Shown: positions 26,805 to 41,145, counted from the stretch's first letter. The stretch is 64,000 nucleotides of DNA from Octopus sinensis (GCF_006345805.1 NC_043015.1:39618001-39682000), one strand, 5' to 3'. Notes: a model not told the origin generated them from the sequence alone. Translations and numbers: made by a program.

Positions 26805-27330
26805 AGACAGGCACTTGTCATTGATAAGTTGGTCAATGATGCGCAGGCATGAGTCATCCCAAACCGATCTATCCATGACAACCTCCACCTCATGTGTTAC
26901 ATCATAAAGAGGTCTCAAAAGCTTTCAATAGGGTTGACCACAAGTACTTGGAGGCTGTCCTTGCAGTGTCCAGTTTTGGTCCCGTTTTCAGAGGCTGGAT
27001 AGCTGCAGTGTACAGCGAAATCTCTTTCAGTGGTCAAAGTAAATGGCCACTTATCGGAATTGTTTAGTATTGCATGTTCAGTTCATCAAGAAATGCCCAC
27101 TCTCGCCTCTTCCGTATGTGCTGGCTCAAGCCATTACCGCAGAAGCTGGACGTTCCGAAGAGCATCTCGTTTGAACTAGGATGCAGAAGATTTGTGTCAG
27201 AGTGTGCAATGTCACTGTAATAGTGTTGGACATCAGGTAAATTGAGGTGATTGGCACCACCCTAAGGGACTGTGAAACAGTGACAGGAGCAAAGATTAAC
27301 CCAGAGAAGTCAGTGAGCCTGCAGCTCAAG
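26805..27330 (+). pseudogene. L1/Tx1-clade LINE reverse transcriptase fragment
   Basis: ALVIDKLVNDAQA*VIPNRSIHDNLHLMCYII / KAFNRVDHKYLEAVL..FGPVFRGWIAAVYS / VVKVNGHLSELFSI..SVHQ / CPLSPL.YVLA / TGAKINPEKSV across frameshifts. Confidence 0.85.
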
Positions 27331-29181
27331 GTTGACTTCGCCACTCATCCATTCAAGGTCGATAAAATAAGTACCAGTTGTGCATTGAGGTCAGTGTGAT
27401 CGACTGGCCCCCTCTCCTCAAAATTTCAGGCATTGTGCCTATAGTAGAGAGGATTATTATTATTAATTAATTAATTTATTTATTTATACATTCTGAGTTT
27501 AAATCCTGCAAGTGTGAAACTTTACCTTTTCCTTCTGCAGTCAGTAAATAGGTACCAGTGATACACTGAGGTCTACGTAATGAACTGTCCCTCTCACAAA
27601 AGTGTCATTGTTATTCTAAAAGCAGAAAATGGTAGAATGAATACAGAAGGGGGTATTTACTTCCACCCTTTTTATATTTTCAGTTCAAATTCTGTCACAT
27701 GAGGGTGGATAAAATAAATAATCTGATACTGGGTTTGATTCCATGAACTGAATCTCTCCCTTATACACTCATAGCTTTTATTTAAGAGCTGAGGGAGAAG
27801 ATGAGGCCATGGCACCTCCAGCCCCTTCAGGGTTACATATTGTGTGTTTACCATACAGTGAATGCTTGTAGTTTTTATGCTGTGGCTGTTAGAGCCATTG
27901 CTAATGGTTAGCCTAACTAAGGGGGCTTTTATACTGTAGTCATTTCAGATGTCAAAAAATATAATCATACACACATCTCACTTTATGTAATAAATATTTA
28001 GTTACTGTATGAAACTAGGCCTTGTAGTGAAACCACGGGGCTTTTGGCAGCTTTTGTAGTTAAACCAGGGGGCTTTTTGGTGGCTTTGAATGTAAATTGA
28101 ACCAATTGGTTTCGTCATATTTATGACTCATCAGAATTCTCTTATTTATCCTCTCCTAAATTCTGAGAGACAGTTGAGAAGAGCTAGTTATTAAACTGTG
28201 ATTGGCACGGTTCGTTAAATTAATAAAGTTGGTAACCAATCGTTAATTATTATGGCACAAACACAGTGTGAGTTATTAATCATCATCGTTATTATATCAT
28301 CAATTTATGGTTGGCTTCCATACTGGCGTGGATGTGTTGGCGAGTTCAACAGGATCAGGCAAGTCGGAGGGCCACCTCCTACTCCGATGTCTCTAGTTTC
28401 TATGGCTTTAGAGTATGTGGTCATGGATGGATGGTCAGTCTCTCTGGTTCAACAATGAGAATTCATTTGTTTAATAAAATGAGTTATCTGTTGCTTCTGA
28501 ATTAATCTGTAACTGGTTGAGTATCCCATAGAGATGTCTACCCTTATTATAATTCCCTGGTAGACATCAGCATGACTTAGTATCAGACTAAGATGTACCT
28601 TTAAATTACTGTTACAATCTATTCAGTAGGCTTCTCTATAGTTTCCCCCCCCCCATTTTCACAAGATATAGATCGCCGTAAATGATATTAGCCCCAGACG
28701 TCATGCAGTGGGGATTGATCCCAAGACCTGGTGGTTGTGAAGTGAATGTCTCGACCATCGGGCCACTTCATGGCCTGCACGGGGTTTTATGCAAATGACT
28801 AATAAACCTGTTGTGTTGCTGTGAAACTAGACTCTATCGTTAAACCACGTGTTGTCTCAGTGACATCATCACGATCATCATCATCATCATTGTCTTGTAG
28901 AGCTACCTTCACTGGTGATGAGGATGATGATGGTGGTGGTGGTTTTGGTGGTGGTGGTGGTGGTGGTTTTGGTGGTGGTGATTGTTGTAATATTGAACTA
29001 CATGGTCTAAACCTGGAATTAGGAAATATGAGAGGTTGTGTGTGTTTACTGATAACTTTCTCTTCTCTTCCTCCTCCTCCTCCTCCTCATCATGAGTAGC
29101 TTAACTGTTTAACGAGAGACTGAATGGTCCATGTTCTAGACTGTGTAATCTCTATTTCATGTGTGTGTGTATATATGTATA

Positions 29182-29212
<31 letters not shown>

Positions 29213-29253
29213 CTGTGTGTGTTTGTGTATATGTATGTATATATATATCTGCC

Positions 29254-29298
<45 letters not shown>

Positions 29299-29689
29299 GT
29301 GTGTGTATAGTGTGTTGGTGGATCTCTTCTTTCCCCGTTGTGCGTTCTGCAGAATTTCTGTCTCACCTACGCCACTACCTCTTCCATCATCTCTGTGTAT
29401 GCCTCTACCACCTACACTGCTATTTCCATCACCTCTATTCCACCACCAACACCACCACCACCTCCTTCTTCAGCTACACCGTTACCACACCCATGTGTGC
29501 ACCATTACCTCTCGTATCGACACCTCTACCACCTCCATCGCTGCTTCCATCATCTCTACACTACCACCACCTCTACCACCACTACTACCACCAAACCATC
29601 TCCAGCCACTTTTCTATGTTTGTGATGTTTGCACTTAGACCATTGCAGCTATCTGTTGCAGAGACTGCATATCATAATTATTTATAACT

Positions 29690-30180
29690 CATATATATAT
29701 ACATATATATATATATTATATATATATATTATATATATATATATTATAAATAAGAAGAGTTCTAAATAATTATATATATACATACATATACATATATATA
29801 TATATAATATATATATATATATGTATGCATATATATATATATGTATGTATATATATATATAAACATATACACATATATATATATACATATATATATGCTA
29901 TATATATATACATAGATATTACATACATATATATATACATATATATATGCATATATGTATATACATATATATATGCATATATATATGCATATATATATAT
30001 ATATGCATATATATATGCATATATATATATATGCATATATATATATGCATATATATATGCATATATATATATGCATATATATATGCATATATATATGCAT
30101 ATATATATGCATATATATATATATATATTATAATATATATATACATATATATATATAACATACAATATATATGCATACAC

Positions 30181-30211
<31 letters not shown>

Positions 30212-30236
30212 CATACATATATATATGCATACACAC

Positions 30237-30267
<31 letters not shown>

Positions 30268-30721
30268 CATACATATATATATGCATACACACATATATAT
30301 ATACATATATTATATATATATATATATATATAATGTGTGTGTGTTTTGCTGTGTGTTTAGATGTGCATCCCCCAAAGATGTCTCCATTTCATGCAATAAT
30401 AAATGGGGGAACCCAACTGGAGTGAAAGGTCTGCAGAAATTTGTAATGCTATTTCTGACTCATGGACACTTGCTTATGTCACTTTGCCATTCTTAGTCAT
30501 CTCTCCATTGCACTCTTACCACCAAAACCACCACCACCACCACCACCACCACCAAAACTACCACCACTACCCCCCCCCCCCCGTTGCCACCACTTCCACT
30601 TCTCCTCGTCTGTTCCTCAGTCTCTTATCAAATAGTCTTCAAACATTGTCAGAAGTCAGAACTCACTCCACCTTCCGCCAGCCTCTTTCACGTATTACAG
30701 TTATATATGTGTGTTTATGTA

Positions 30722-30752
<31 letters not shown>

Positions 30753-30807
30753 AATGTTGATGATGATGATGATAATAATGATAATAATAATAATAATAAT
30801 GTGTGTG

Positions 30808-30855
<48 letters not shown>

Positions 30856-31106
30856 ATATGTATGTATGTATATATGTATGTATGTATATATGTATGTATG
30901 TATATATGTATGTATGTATATATGTATGTATGTATATATGTATGTATATATGTATGTATGTATATATGTATGTATATGTATGTATGTATGTATGTATGTA
31001 TATATATATGTATGTATGTATGTATTATGTATGTGTATATATATATATATGTATGTGTATGTATGTATATATATATATAAAACATTATATATTGTATTAT
31101 ATTATG

Positions 31107-31150
<44 letters not shown>
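29690..31150. repeat. (TA)n/(TATG)n/(ATA)n microsatellite blocks
   Basis: Direct reading of 29690-30340 and 30720-31150, including a 12-bp-unit array at about 30840-30960. Confidence 0.92.
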
Positions 31151-31152
<2 letters not shown>

Positions 31153-31844
31153 GTTACATTATAAATTGTGTTATGTTATATCTCGTGTCATTCCATCACT
31201 GTCTCCATAAAACATTGATGATTGTTATCAAACCTTGTAAATATTCCTGCCTTCTCTGACATGTTAAAAGGATAAAAGGCGAAAAAATGGTCACAAATAA
31301 ATTAACTTTTTATTATAATTGAAGATTTCGCTCTGATCTGTCGACTAATGTTAGTTTTGATATTTCAAATGATAAATTCCATGCTATTTTATTTCTGATT
31401 TCACAGCGCCATGTGTTCTTTGGAAATGTCTCTTGGTTCTACGATGTTGCTTTGAAATGGCATTTCTTGATAGCAGGAATATAATAAAATTTGTTTTTGT
31501 CTGAAGGTTTCTAAAGTTTGCCATTAGAGTTGGGGGGTGAAATGGTTGCATGGATAACTTCTGGGACTATAAATTCTTTGTTTGTGAGTTCAAATCTGAT
31601 GTTACTTGTGTTTTATTGTTTCCTATATCTCAATTCAATGTCTGTAAGAAATAGCTACCATCTCAGAGGAAATGTTACTGATGAAGGACTTATAATCTAT
31701 CCAGGGGTATTTTCCTTCTGCTTCACATCATTAAATCAGAACTCTTAGTAAAAGACAGAGCTAAATAAAGTCTATTTTAATGCATCCTATACTTTTAGAT
31801 ATTCAACTGTTTATGGCTCAGTCCACCTGACTGACGATACCTTG

Positions 31845-31917
31845 ATGTTGTTGCTCTGGACCAGTCAACTCTGAATGTTCTGCACATTCAGAGTTGACTG
31901 GTCCAGAGCAACAACAT
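31845..31917. repeat. Perfect 34-bp inverted repeat with a 5-nt loop
   Basis: ATGTTGTTGCTCTGGACCAGTCAACTCTGAATGT-tctgc-ACATTCAGAGTTGACTGGTCCAGAGCAACAACAT. Confidence 0.97.
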
Positions 31918-32207
31918 TTTTTTTTTTAATTCCTCAACAAGTGAGAACGACAGCATATTGTCGGTTAGGGGTTCGAATCTGGATCTCAGTAATTCATTGT
32001 GGGTCTGGTCAAAACCTCTTTATTGTATATTACCTGGGTGAGATAGGGGTGGAGAATAGATACCTGCCATGGTGGGGGCTGGATGATCGGATACTGACCA
32101 GATCCAATCTTTCTGTTGGATCTGGACCAATTACACATACTGTTGGTGATATAAATGGCACACACACACACACACACAGGGACAGTGTCACAGCGGCAAC
32201 AACAAGT

Positions 32208-32610
32208 GGAGTCGCAATGGCCCAGTGGTTAGGGCAGCGGACTTGCGGTCGGAGGATCGTGGTTTTGATTCCCAGATTGGGCGTTGTGTGTGTTTATTGA
32301 GCGAAAACACCTAAAGCTCCACGAGGCTCCGGCAGGGGATGGTGGCGACCCCTGTTCTACTCTTTCGCACCAACTTTCTCTCACTCTTTCTTCCTGTTTC
32401 TTGTCCCTGACTTCCTGCGCAACCGCTGAGCCTGGATGCGCATTCATCCATCCGTCGATGCTCTCGGTGTCGGGGGTTGACCTGCTTTCTCTTCTGCAGG
32501 TCTTACGAATAGCAAAGGACCACGTTTCGGACTTCTCCCATCTTGCGAGCTCTGGGACGAAGACCGTTCACTCAACAGCAACAGCGGTAACAACAACATC
32601 AACAATACAA
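32208..32610 (+). mobile_element. tRNA-derived SINE, family F
   Basis: Head gcaatggcccagtggttagggcagcggac..ggttt.gattccc with a (CAA)-rich tail. A second partial copy lies at 53284-53507. Confidence 0.8.
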
Positions 32611-33477
32611 TGAGCAGTGTTGTTGTCTGTGAAGTGGGGGTCATCTGCTGTACAGTAGCCAAATCTGAAGTTATAATTTTTGGTACTGAAATCCCTTAAG
32701 TGGAACCACTTAACCTTAGGTTCTTCAAAATCTCGTTTACTCACCTTGCTACCCCAAACCCTATAACACACACACACACACACACACACTCTCAAGCACT
32801 TCTCTGCCTCTTTCTCCATCGACTTCGTTTACTTCCTCCCCCTGTTTTTCCCTCTTCCTTCTCCCCTCCATCTTCATCTTCCACTTCCTCCCTCCTCCAT
32901 CTCTTCCTCTCTCTGCTTTCCTTTCAACGTTTATTACAACAGCGGTAAACTATTTCCCATTTTCATCAATATTTAATTATTAATTATTTATAACTATTAA
33001 ATATTTATCTGCTTTGTCTGGCAGCCCATCCCCCGCACTCCCTGCACTCTCTCACCTTTCAAAACTACATCTTCCTGTTATCCAACAAAACCTTTCTCTA
33101 TTATCACTCTCCTTCTTGTGTGTGTATGTATACACACACATACACACACACTCTTATATAAGTACACACCTTTGGCTATCGTTTTGTCTCTAATCTCTAA
33201 TGTAATCTCTCTGTTTTATTTACTGCCTCTGTTTGTTTGTGAAGGCATCGGTGCCAAGAATGAACTGTAATGAAGCCAACCAATGCCAGCATGCGAAGAA
33301 GACATAGAATGATGATGATGATGATGATGATGATATATAAAAATCATCTTCCAGTGTTTTAAATTTGGGTTTTGTCCCTGTTAACGGGGGTGGTTGGATT
33401 TACCTCAATGCTATAGCAACCAAAGGTAGGCAGGTGCAGCCCACTCTAACCTTTGGGTTGGCTGGCTGGTGCCCATT

Positions 33478-33696
33478 CTCCTTTGCTGTCATGAGGCTTT
33501 TTTGGAGCTGGATTTTCTATGGAGAACATGCCCTTTATTAACCCCAACCTCAGTTTCTAGACATGAGTGGTCCCAAGACCAAGGCCTCCTTTGCTATCAT
33601 GAGGCATTTCTGGATCTGGATTTTCTATGGGGACCATGCCTTTGCTTACCCACAACCTCAGTTTCTAGACATGAGTGGTCCCGAGACCAAGGCCTC
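33478..33696. repeat. Two-copy tandem duplication, period 108 bp
   Basis: Units start at 33478 and 33586 (ctcctttgct.tcatgagg...agtttctagacatgagtggtccc.agaccaaggcctc). Confidence 0.9.
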
Positions 33697-36531
33697 TACC
33701 ACGATTTTTAAGAAGCGTGGTGGAAAACTGGCTCAGGAAGGCAGGGGGATACTACTCCCTGAGACTCCTTTCGGAGTTCCCCTGCTTATGATGAAGATGT
33801 ATAGAATCCTCATTTAATGTCTGTTTTCAGTGTTGACATAAATGGATGGTTTGACAGAATGTGTTGGGCTTACAGGACTGTACTGAGCTTCAATATCAAC
33901 TTTTGGCATGGATTCTGTGATTGGATGTCCTTCCGAATGCTTGACACTTTACAGTGTGTGTCACTGGGTGTCACCCTAACCTTAACCCTGCCAAGTGAAG
34001 GGGCGGTGGCTTTATGCCAGGTTCTAAGAGGCTAAAAGTATGATAGGCAGACAGACAAGCACAGATGCCTTGCTGTCGAGGAGATACACGACCACCTGCA
34101 TTATCTGGAGGTGGATGGGAGTTGCTGGGAAGGAGATAAAGATGGTAGGGGTCAGTTGTCAGAGTGAACTGTCAGGATAGAAGAAGGGGAGGTTGCAGGT
34201 TCAAACCAGCTGCATGGCACCTTGAGTAAAGTTCTTCTACTACAGCCTCAGGCTGACAAAGAGCATTGTGAGTTGATTTCATAGATGGAAACAGAGAAAT
34301 TCTTGTAATATATATTAGTGTGTGTGTGTCTGTGTGTCCGTGTGTCCCCTTGTTTTGATATTGTACAGTAGTTATAAGCAAGTGCACGCCATACAAGCCT
34401 GTGTTGTTCGCTTCCAATCTTCTGTGAAAACAAGTGCATCATCATCATCGTCATCATCTTCCCCTTCATCATCATCATCATCATCATCATTTAATGTCTG
34501 TGTTCCATGGATGGAATGGTACCACAAGAGCCGGCCAGGCCAAAGTCTGCACCAGACTTCTGTGACTGTTTTGGCAGGATTTTGTACAGCTGGATGCTCT
34601 TCCGAACACCAACCACTCAGCAGAGTGGACTTTTAACATGGCACAAGCACAGGAAATACTACCGTGCTTGGAAACAAGTGAAGGCTGGCAAGAAGAAGGC
34701 CACCTAGCCACAGAAAATCTGCTTCAATACATTCCATGATGGCAATGATGATGATGATGATGTATATTGATATAGAGTTTTAAAAACTCTCTAAAAAGGA
34801 AGTAGAGCTTTTGCTTACCCAAACTATGAAACAGGATAGGCAGTGACACCCTTCCTTCCTCCGTTTGCTTTCATTATTCCCTCTCTTTCTTTCTCTTGCA
34901 CTCTTTCTTTCTCTTGCACTCTTTCTTTCTTTCTTTCTTTTTTTCTTTTTTTCTTTCTTTCCTTCTTTTTTTCTTTCTTTCTTTGTTTCTTTCTCTCTCT
35001 CTTGCATGCTCTCTCTCTCTTGAATGCTCTCTCCCTCTCTTTATTCTCTCTCTCTTGCACTCATTCTCTCTCTCTTTCTCTCTCTGGTACTCCCCTCCTC
35101 CTCCTTTTACTCTCTCACTGCTCTTTCTCTCTCCTCAGTCACTGCTCTAATTTAGTTAATATTACAACATAAAAATTTACCGCAACTGCAACTGATGCAT
35201 TCTACCACCAGTAGCAGCAACAGCACCACCACCACCACCACCACGAGCATTCATTCATTGTCCAAGATGCTGTGTTGCCATCTGTCTCCCTCCCTCTCCC
35301 TCCATCCCTGCTCTTCTGGAATGATAAACTGTGTCCACCATCCCATCCAATACATCACTTCTCCATCTCTTTCTGTGACTCATCCCTTCAGGAACCCCTC
35401 AGAGCCACAACCCTCCAGAACAGCACGCTTCCCTTGTGTCAACCGCAGACCTTCATCTACATATATTTCAAATACCTCAATGCCACCAGTCTGGGAGGGC
35501 TCGGAAGGGCCCGCTGGGTTCACACATTAGAAACAGTACCACCACCACCACCAAACCACCACCACCACCACCACCACCACCACCACCACCAAACCACCAC
35601 CACCACCACCACCACCAAACCACCACCACCACTACCACCACCAAACCACCACCACCACCACCACCAAACCACCACCACCACCACCACCAAACCACCACCA
35701 CTACCACCACCAAACCACCACCACCACCACCACCACCACCAACACCACCACCACCACCTCTGCTGTTAACACTGAGACCACCATCTCCACTGCCGCCATC
35801 ACCTTCACCAATCTGCTCCATTGCTGCCATCATCACCATTGCAATTAACAGTAAGAGCACCATCTCTACCACCACCACCACCACCACTAGAGGCCTTATC
35901 CTACCTCCACCCTCTCACGGCCACCACCATCACCGATTCCACATACTCCCATTTATGTTACTGCTGCAGTGTTATAATTAATCATTATTATTATAGCGCT
36001 ATCATCCTCATTATTATTATTATTATTATCATCATCATTTTATTATTATTATCATCATCATTATTATTATTATTATTATTATCATTATTATTATTATTAT
36101 TGTTGTTGTTATTATGTAAAGTGTTGGCACGTGTCTCTGGACTATTGTAATAATTCAATGAAAAAAACCAACAATAAACCATTGTGTTCTGACATTGTCC
36201 AACCAAAGAACAACACCATCCAATCCTAAAACATGCTGCTGTTGCTGTTGTTGCTGCTGCCGCTGCCGCAGCTGTTGGCGTTGCCGTTGTTTTAACTGGG
36301 TTTCTGTTTAGTTTTTCCGACTGGTTAGTTTCCAATTTAACCGGATTTATTGGTCAAAGTTTATCTTTTGCTGTTAGAATTTAGACAAGAGTTTCACAGA
36401 GAAGCTTTAGAAAGTTTTACCATTATTGTTCCCACTGGAATCTGCTGCCATCGCCCACCACATGTCAGCCTCCTCACATTCCAAGGCTCTGTCCTGCCAT
36501 TAATGCGTCTTTTATTCTTTTGCTTGTAGGA

Positions 36532-37130
36532 GTAGGAGTGGCTGTGTGGTAAGTAGCTTGCCTACCAACCACGTGGTTCTGGGTTCAGTCTCGCTACGTG
36601 GCACCATGGGCAAGTGTGTTCTACTATAGCCTCGGGCCGACCAAAGCCTTGTGAGTGGATTTGGTAGACGGAAACTGAAAGAAGCCCATCGTATATATGT
36701 TTATATATATATGTATGTGTGTGTGTATGTTTGTGTCTGTGTTTGTCCCCCTAGCATCACTTGACAACCAATGCTGGTGTGTTTACGTCCCCGTAAGTTA
36801 GCGGTTCAGTAAAAAGAGACTGATAGAATAAGTACTAGGTTTACAAAGAATAAGTCCTGGGGTTGATTTGCTCGACTAAAGGCAGTGCTCCATCATGGCC
36901 ACAGTCAAATGGCTGAAACGAGTAAAAGAGTCAGTAGACCGTGGCCATGCTGGAACACTGTCTTGAAGAATGTTTTTAGTTGAATGAATCAACATCAGTG
37001 TTTATTTATTTATTTTGAAAGCCTGGTACTTATTCCATTGGTCTATTTTGCTGAGTCGCTAAGTTACAGGGACGTAAACACACAAACACCAGTTGTCAAG
37101 TGACAGTGGAAGGCAAACATGGATGTCAAG
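36532..37130. mobile_element. Tail-to-tail pair of family B SINEs (plus copy 36532-36930, minus variant 36931-37130)
   Basis: The plus copy ends gagtaaaagag and is directly followed by the reverse-complement tail of a related copy. Confidence 0.8.
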
Positions 37131-37144
37131 ACACACACATCCAC

Positions 37145-37960
37145 ATATCATCATCATCATTTAGCATCTGCTTTCCATGTAGGCTTGGGTTGGATGGTTT
37201 GTCTGCAACTGGTAAGCCAGAAAGCTGCTCCAAGTTCTAGTCTGATTTGGCATGGTTTCTATGGCTGGACGCCCTTCCTAACACCAGTCCCTCCGAGAAT
37301 GTGATGGGTGCTTTTATGTGCCACCAGCATGAGTGCCAGTTTTGTGACACTGGCATCATCCATGACTATGATTTCACTTGGCTTGACAGGACTTCTGAAG
37401 CACTGCATATCGCTGAAGGTCTCGGTCACTAGTCATTGCCTCTATGGGGCCCAAAGTTCAAAGATCATGCTTCACCACCTCATCCCATGTCTTCCTGGGT
37501 CTACCTCTACCACAGGTTCCCTCCACAGTTAGAAACTGGCACTTCTTTACACAGCTGTCCCTGTCCATATGCACCACTTGACCATCCTAGTGCAGTCGTC
37601 TCTCCTGCACAGCACATCTTATGCTCAATTTTTCTGTCAAGATGCTTACACTTACGCTCTGTCTTACATGCACACTGACATTGCACATCCAGTGAAGCAT
37701 ACTTCATTTCTTTCAAGCCTTCTCATGTCCTCTGCGATCACAGCCCATGTTTCACTGCTTTGTAGCATGGCTGTTCACACACAGGCATCGTACAATCTGC
37801 CTGTCACTCTGAGGGAGAGGTCCTATGTTACTAACAAAGGTAGAAGCTCTCTGAACTTTGCCCAGCCTATTCTTATTCTAGAGCATCCACTCTCAGAGCT
37901 TCCACCTCCACTGCTGGCTTGGTCACCTAGATAACGGAAACTATCAACTACTTCTAGGTC
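37145..37960 (-). mobile_element. RTE-clade LINE 3' end (ORF2 C-terminus, 3' UTR and (ATG)n tail)
   Basis: The minus strand gives RIRIGWAKFRELLPLL..LSLRVTGRLYDACV..MLQSSETWAV..RRLERNE..GTCGRGRPRKTWDEVVKHDL. This continues into the 'aggaagggc.tccagc.gtagaaac...ggacgttaaa.gatgatg' UTR, which identifies that abundant repeat as an RTE 3' end. Confidence 0.9.
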
Positions 37961-39494
37961 CTCCCCACCCCGGGAGGCCAGCCTGAGGCTGTAGTAGAAG
38001 ACACTTGCTCCAGGTGCTACACTGTGGGGCTGAACCTGGAACCATGTGGTTGGGAAACAAACTTCTTACCGTGCATCAAGCCTGCACCTGTAGCAGTGTT
38101 TTACACACACACACACACACACACACAATGTGGATGCAGCTTGGCCAAATGGTCAAGAAGTTTGCTTTGTAATCATGCAGTCTTGGGTTCAGTTTCACTG
38201 TGTGGCATCTCGGGCAATGGCTGATGTCACAGATTTGTGTTGACTTGTACCTTGTAAAATTGGAGAGATGGAAACTGTGTGGAAGCCTAGCCAATGGATT
38301 GAACCCGGAATTTAAATGTCCAGTCTTGTCACACTGTGGCTGGCTGATACTGTATCTGTGGATTATGTAAATGATATCTGTGTCTGTGGAATATTCAACA
38401 TATTTCTTTATTACCCACAAGGGGCTAAACATAGAGGGGACAAACAAGGACAGACATAAGTATTAAGTCGATTACATCGACCCCAGTGCGTAACTGGTAC
38501 TTAATTTATCGACCCCGAAAGGATGAAAGGCAAAGTCAACCTCGGCGGAATTTGAACTCACAACGTAACAACAAGCGAAATACCGTTAAGCATTTCGCCC
38601 GGCGTGCTAACGTTTCTGCCAGCTCTCCGCCTTAGTCTGTGGAACCACTTATATGTTAGTTCAATGAGTGAGTAACTCAGTTGATCAAACTGTTGAGCAT
38701 GGGTCGGATGGTTTGACAAGAGTTGGCAAGCCAGAGGATTTTGCTAAGCTCTGTTGGCTGCTTTGCCTGGTTTCTATGGCTGGATGCCCTTCCTAATGCC
38801 GACCACTTTACAGAGTGGCCTTGGTGCTTTTTATGTGGCACCAGCACACCACCAGTGTTACCTAATTTGCAAGACAAAACTCATCAACTGAGTGGGGAGC
38901 AGTGTGTGTGTGTCATCATCATCATCATCATCGTCATTGTTTAACGTCCATTTTCCATGCTGGCATGGGTTGGACGGTTTGACTGAGATCTGGAAAGCCA
39001 GGAGGCTGCACCAGGCCCCAATCTGATCTGGCAATGTTTCTACAGTTGGATGCCCTTCCTAACGCCAACCACTCCAAGAGTGTAGTGGGTGCTTTTTATG
39101 TGCTACTGGCACAGGGGCCAATCAGGTGGGCATGACATTGATCACATTTGGAAAGTGTGGAATGAATGAGTGGTGAGACTCTTTGGGATGTTCCAATCCT
39201 TGACATGCAGTGTGGTGCACTGTATACTGCAGGATATGAAGATGCAGTGTGGTGCATTCTATTGCTTCGAGGTTGTGGTATTACATGTGTTTCATTATTT
39301 ATTTTATTGCTTGCTTGTGTGTGTGTGTTTGTGTGTGTATAGATATGTGTGTGTGTGTGTGTGTTCCTTTCTATGGAAGAGTGTAGGCTCGAAACATTAA
39401 GGACTTTTTCACTTCCTGAGCATTATACTAATACATCTGTTTGTTGTCTATGCCACCTGTCTTCGTCTTTTGTTTTTTTGTGAATTCTCCCTAT

Positions 39495-39537
<43 letters not shown>

Positions 39538-39656
39538 GATACACTTGGTGGTGGTTGTGATAGATGTTATTGTTGTGGTGGTTGCAATGGTTGTGGTAGT
39601 AGCAGCAGTAGTAGTATTGGTAATAGCTATAGTATTAGCAGTAGTGTGTGTGTGTA

Positions 39657-39699
<43 letters not shown>

Positions 39700-40213
39700 G
39701 CACACACACATGCACACACACACACACACACATAGATATATTTGACATTTCTATCCAGTTGTTGTTACATCCAATAGTAAAATGGTTGTTTTATGGCTGA
39801 CAGCCAGATATTGTCTCCACAACAACAATGGTGGTGGCGCTAGTGGTAGCAGTACAAGATGGTGGTGGTGGCGGTGGTGGCGGTGGTGCTGGTGGTGATA
39901 AGGAAGGTGCCAGCCTTCTACTGTAAACACCCACCTATTGTTGTGTTGTTATTTGTTAGTAACAAGGAAACAGCAACTAGTAGCTTGCTTACTTAACAGC
40001 TTGTGTGTGTATGTGTGTGTGTGTGTATATATGTGTATATGTATATATATATATAGCTTTTTCTATAAACACTGACTGTTCTAGGGTGGAGTTGTTTCAT
40101 GGACTATTTAGTGAAGTGAAGATGAGAAGGATGGATATATATCATCATCATCATCATCATCATTTATATATATATATATATTCACACATAAGCACTTTTT
40201 TGTATTAAAGTAT

Positions 40214-40256
<43 letters not shown>

Positions 40257-40292
40257 AATACATGTATACACCCATTTATATCTAGATGTATG

Positions 40293-40327
<35 letters not shown>

Positions 40328-40764
40328 TTTATAGTTTAAGTAGGAGGGAGAGAGGTAGACACACCCACACACACAAGCATCCACCTGCCCCCATCTCCAC
40401 ACACACATATATTTATCATCATTTTATGTCCGTTCTTGATGCTGGTATGGGTGGGACACTTTAACAGGATCCAGCATGGAGGGCCACATATGGGAGTCAC
40501 ATTAACTGAGTCTACTTGTGTTATTTGTTTAACCCTGGGTCAACCCTCTTCTTGCTTTCAGGAATGGTGTACCCTTGTCTAAGACTGCAAAGTATGAGTT
40601 GAAGGAGATTTAGCTACTATTTCTAGCATTTTGGGAGCCTACATCGAAGCCTCCGCCTTGGCTTGTCTTTCTTCTTGTTACATCTGTAGAAAGGGTTGAA
40701 TTTGTTGCCCCTGTCTAAAGATTAAATGGCTTATAGAAATAATGGTTAACAATATAGCCGTGTA

Positions 40765-41145
40765 GCCCCTATTTATGTCACCTGTTACCTCCACACTACC
40801 ATAGTAACTACATTGTGGCCCCTATCTGTTATCTCACACGTTAGTGATAACACACTGTGACCCCTATTTACGCTACCCCCCACACTACAGTAATAATAGG
40901 CACACTGTGTGGGTCCCTATGTATGCTACCCCACACTTTAGTGATAATAGACACATTGTGTCCCCTATTTATGTTACCCCTACTTTAGTGATCCCCTATT
41001 TGTGTTACCCCCATTTTACAGTAGAAATAGTCACACTGTGTGGGTCCCTATTTATGTTACCCCACACTTTAGTGATCCCCTATTTATGTTATCCCCACTT
41101 TACAGTAGAAATAATCACACCATGTGGGTCCCTATTTATGTTACC
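40765..41145. repeat. Degenerate minisatellite with higher-order duplication
   Basis: Recurring ccctattt.tgttacccc..acttt.(a)gt units, with an ~80-bp block repeated twice near the right end. Confidence 0.85.

Noticed and set aside
31678-31710. Second CTGATGA hammerhead start
   Set aside because: A short GGA/TCC stem is present but no GAAA follows. The neighbouring minus-strand similarity to a PLE endonuclease (about 31350-31600) is too weak to call.
32208-32280. tRNA gene-like sequences at SINE 5' ends
   Set aside because: They have A/B boxes but no complete cloverleaf and run into SINE bodies, so they are not called tRNAs.
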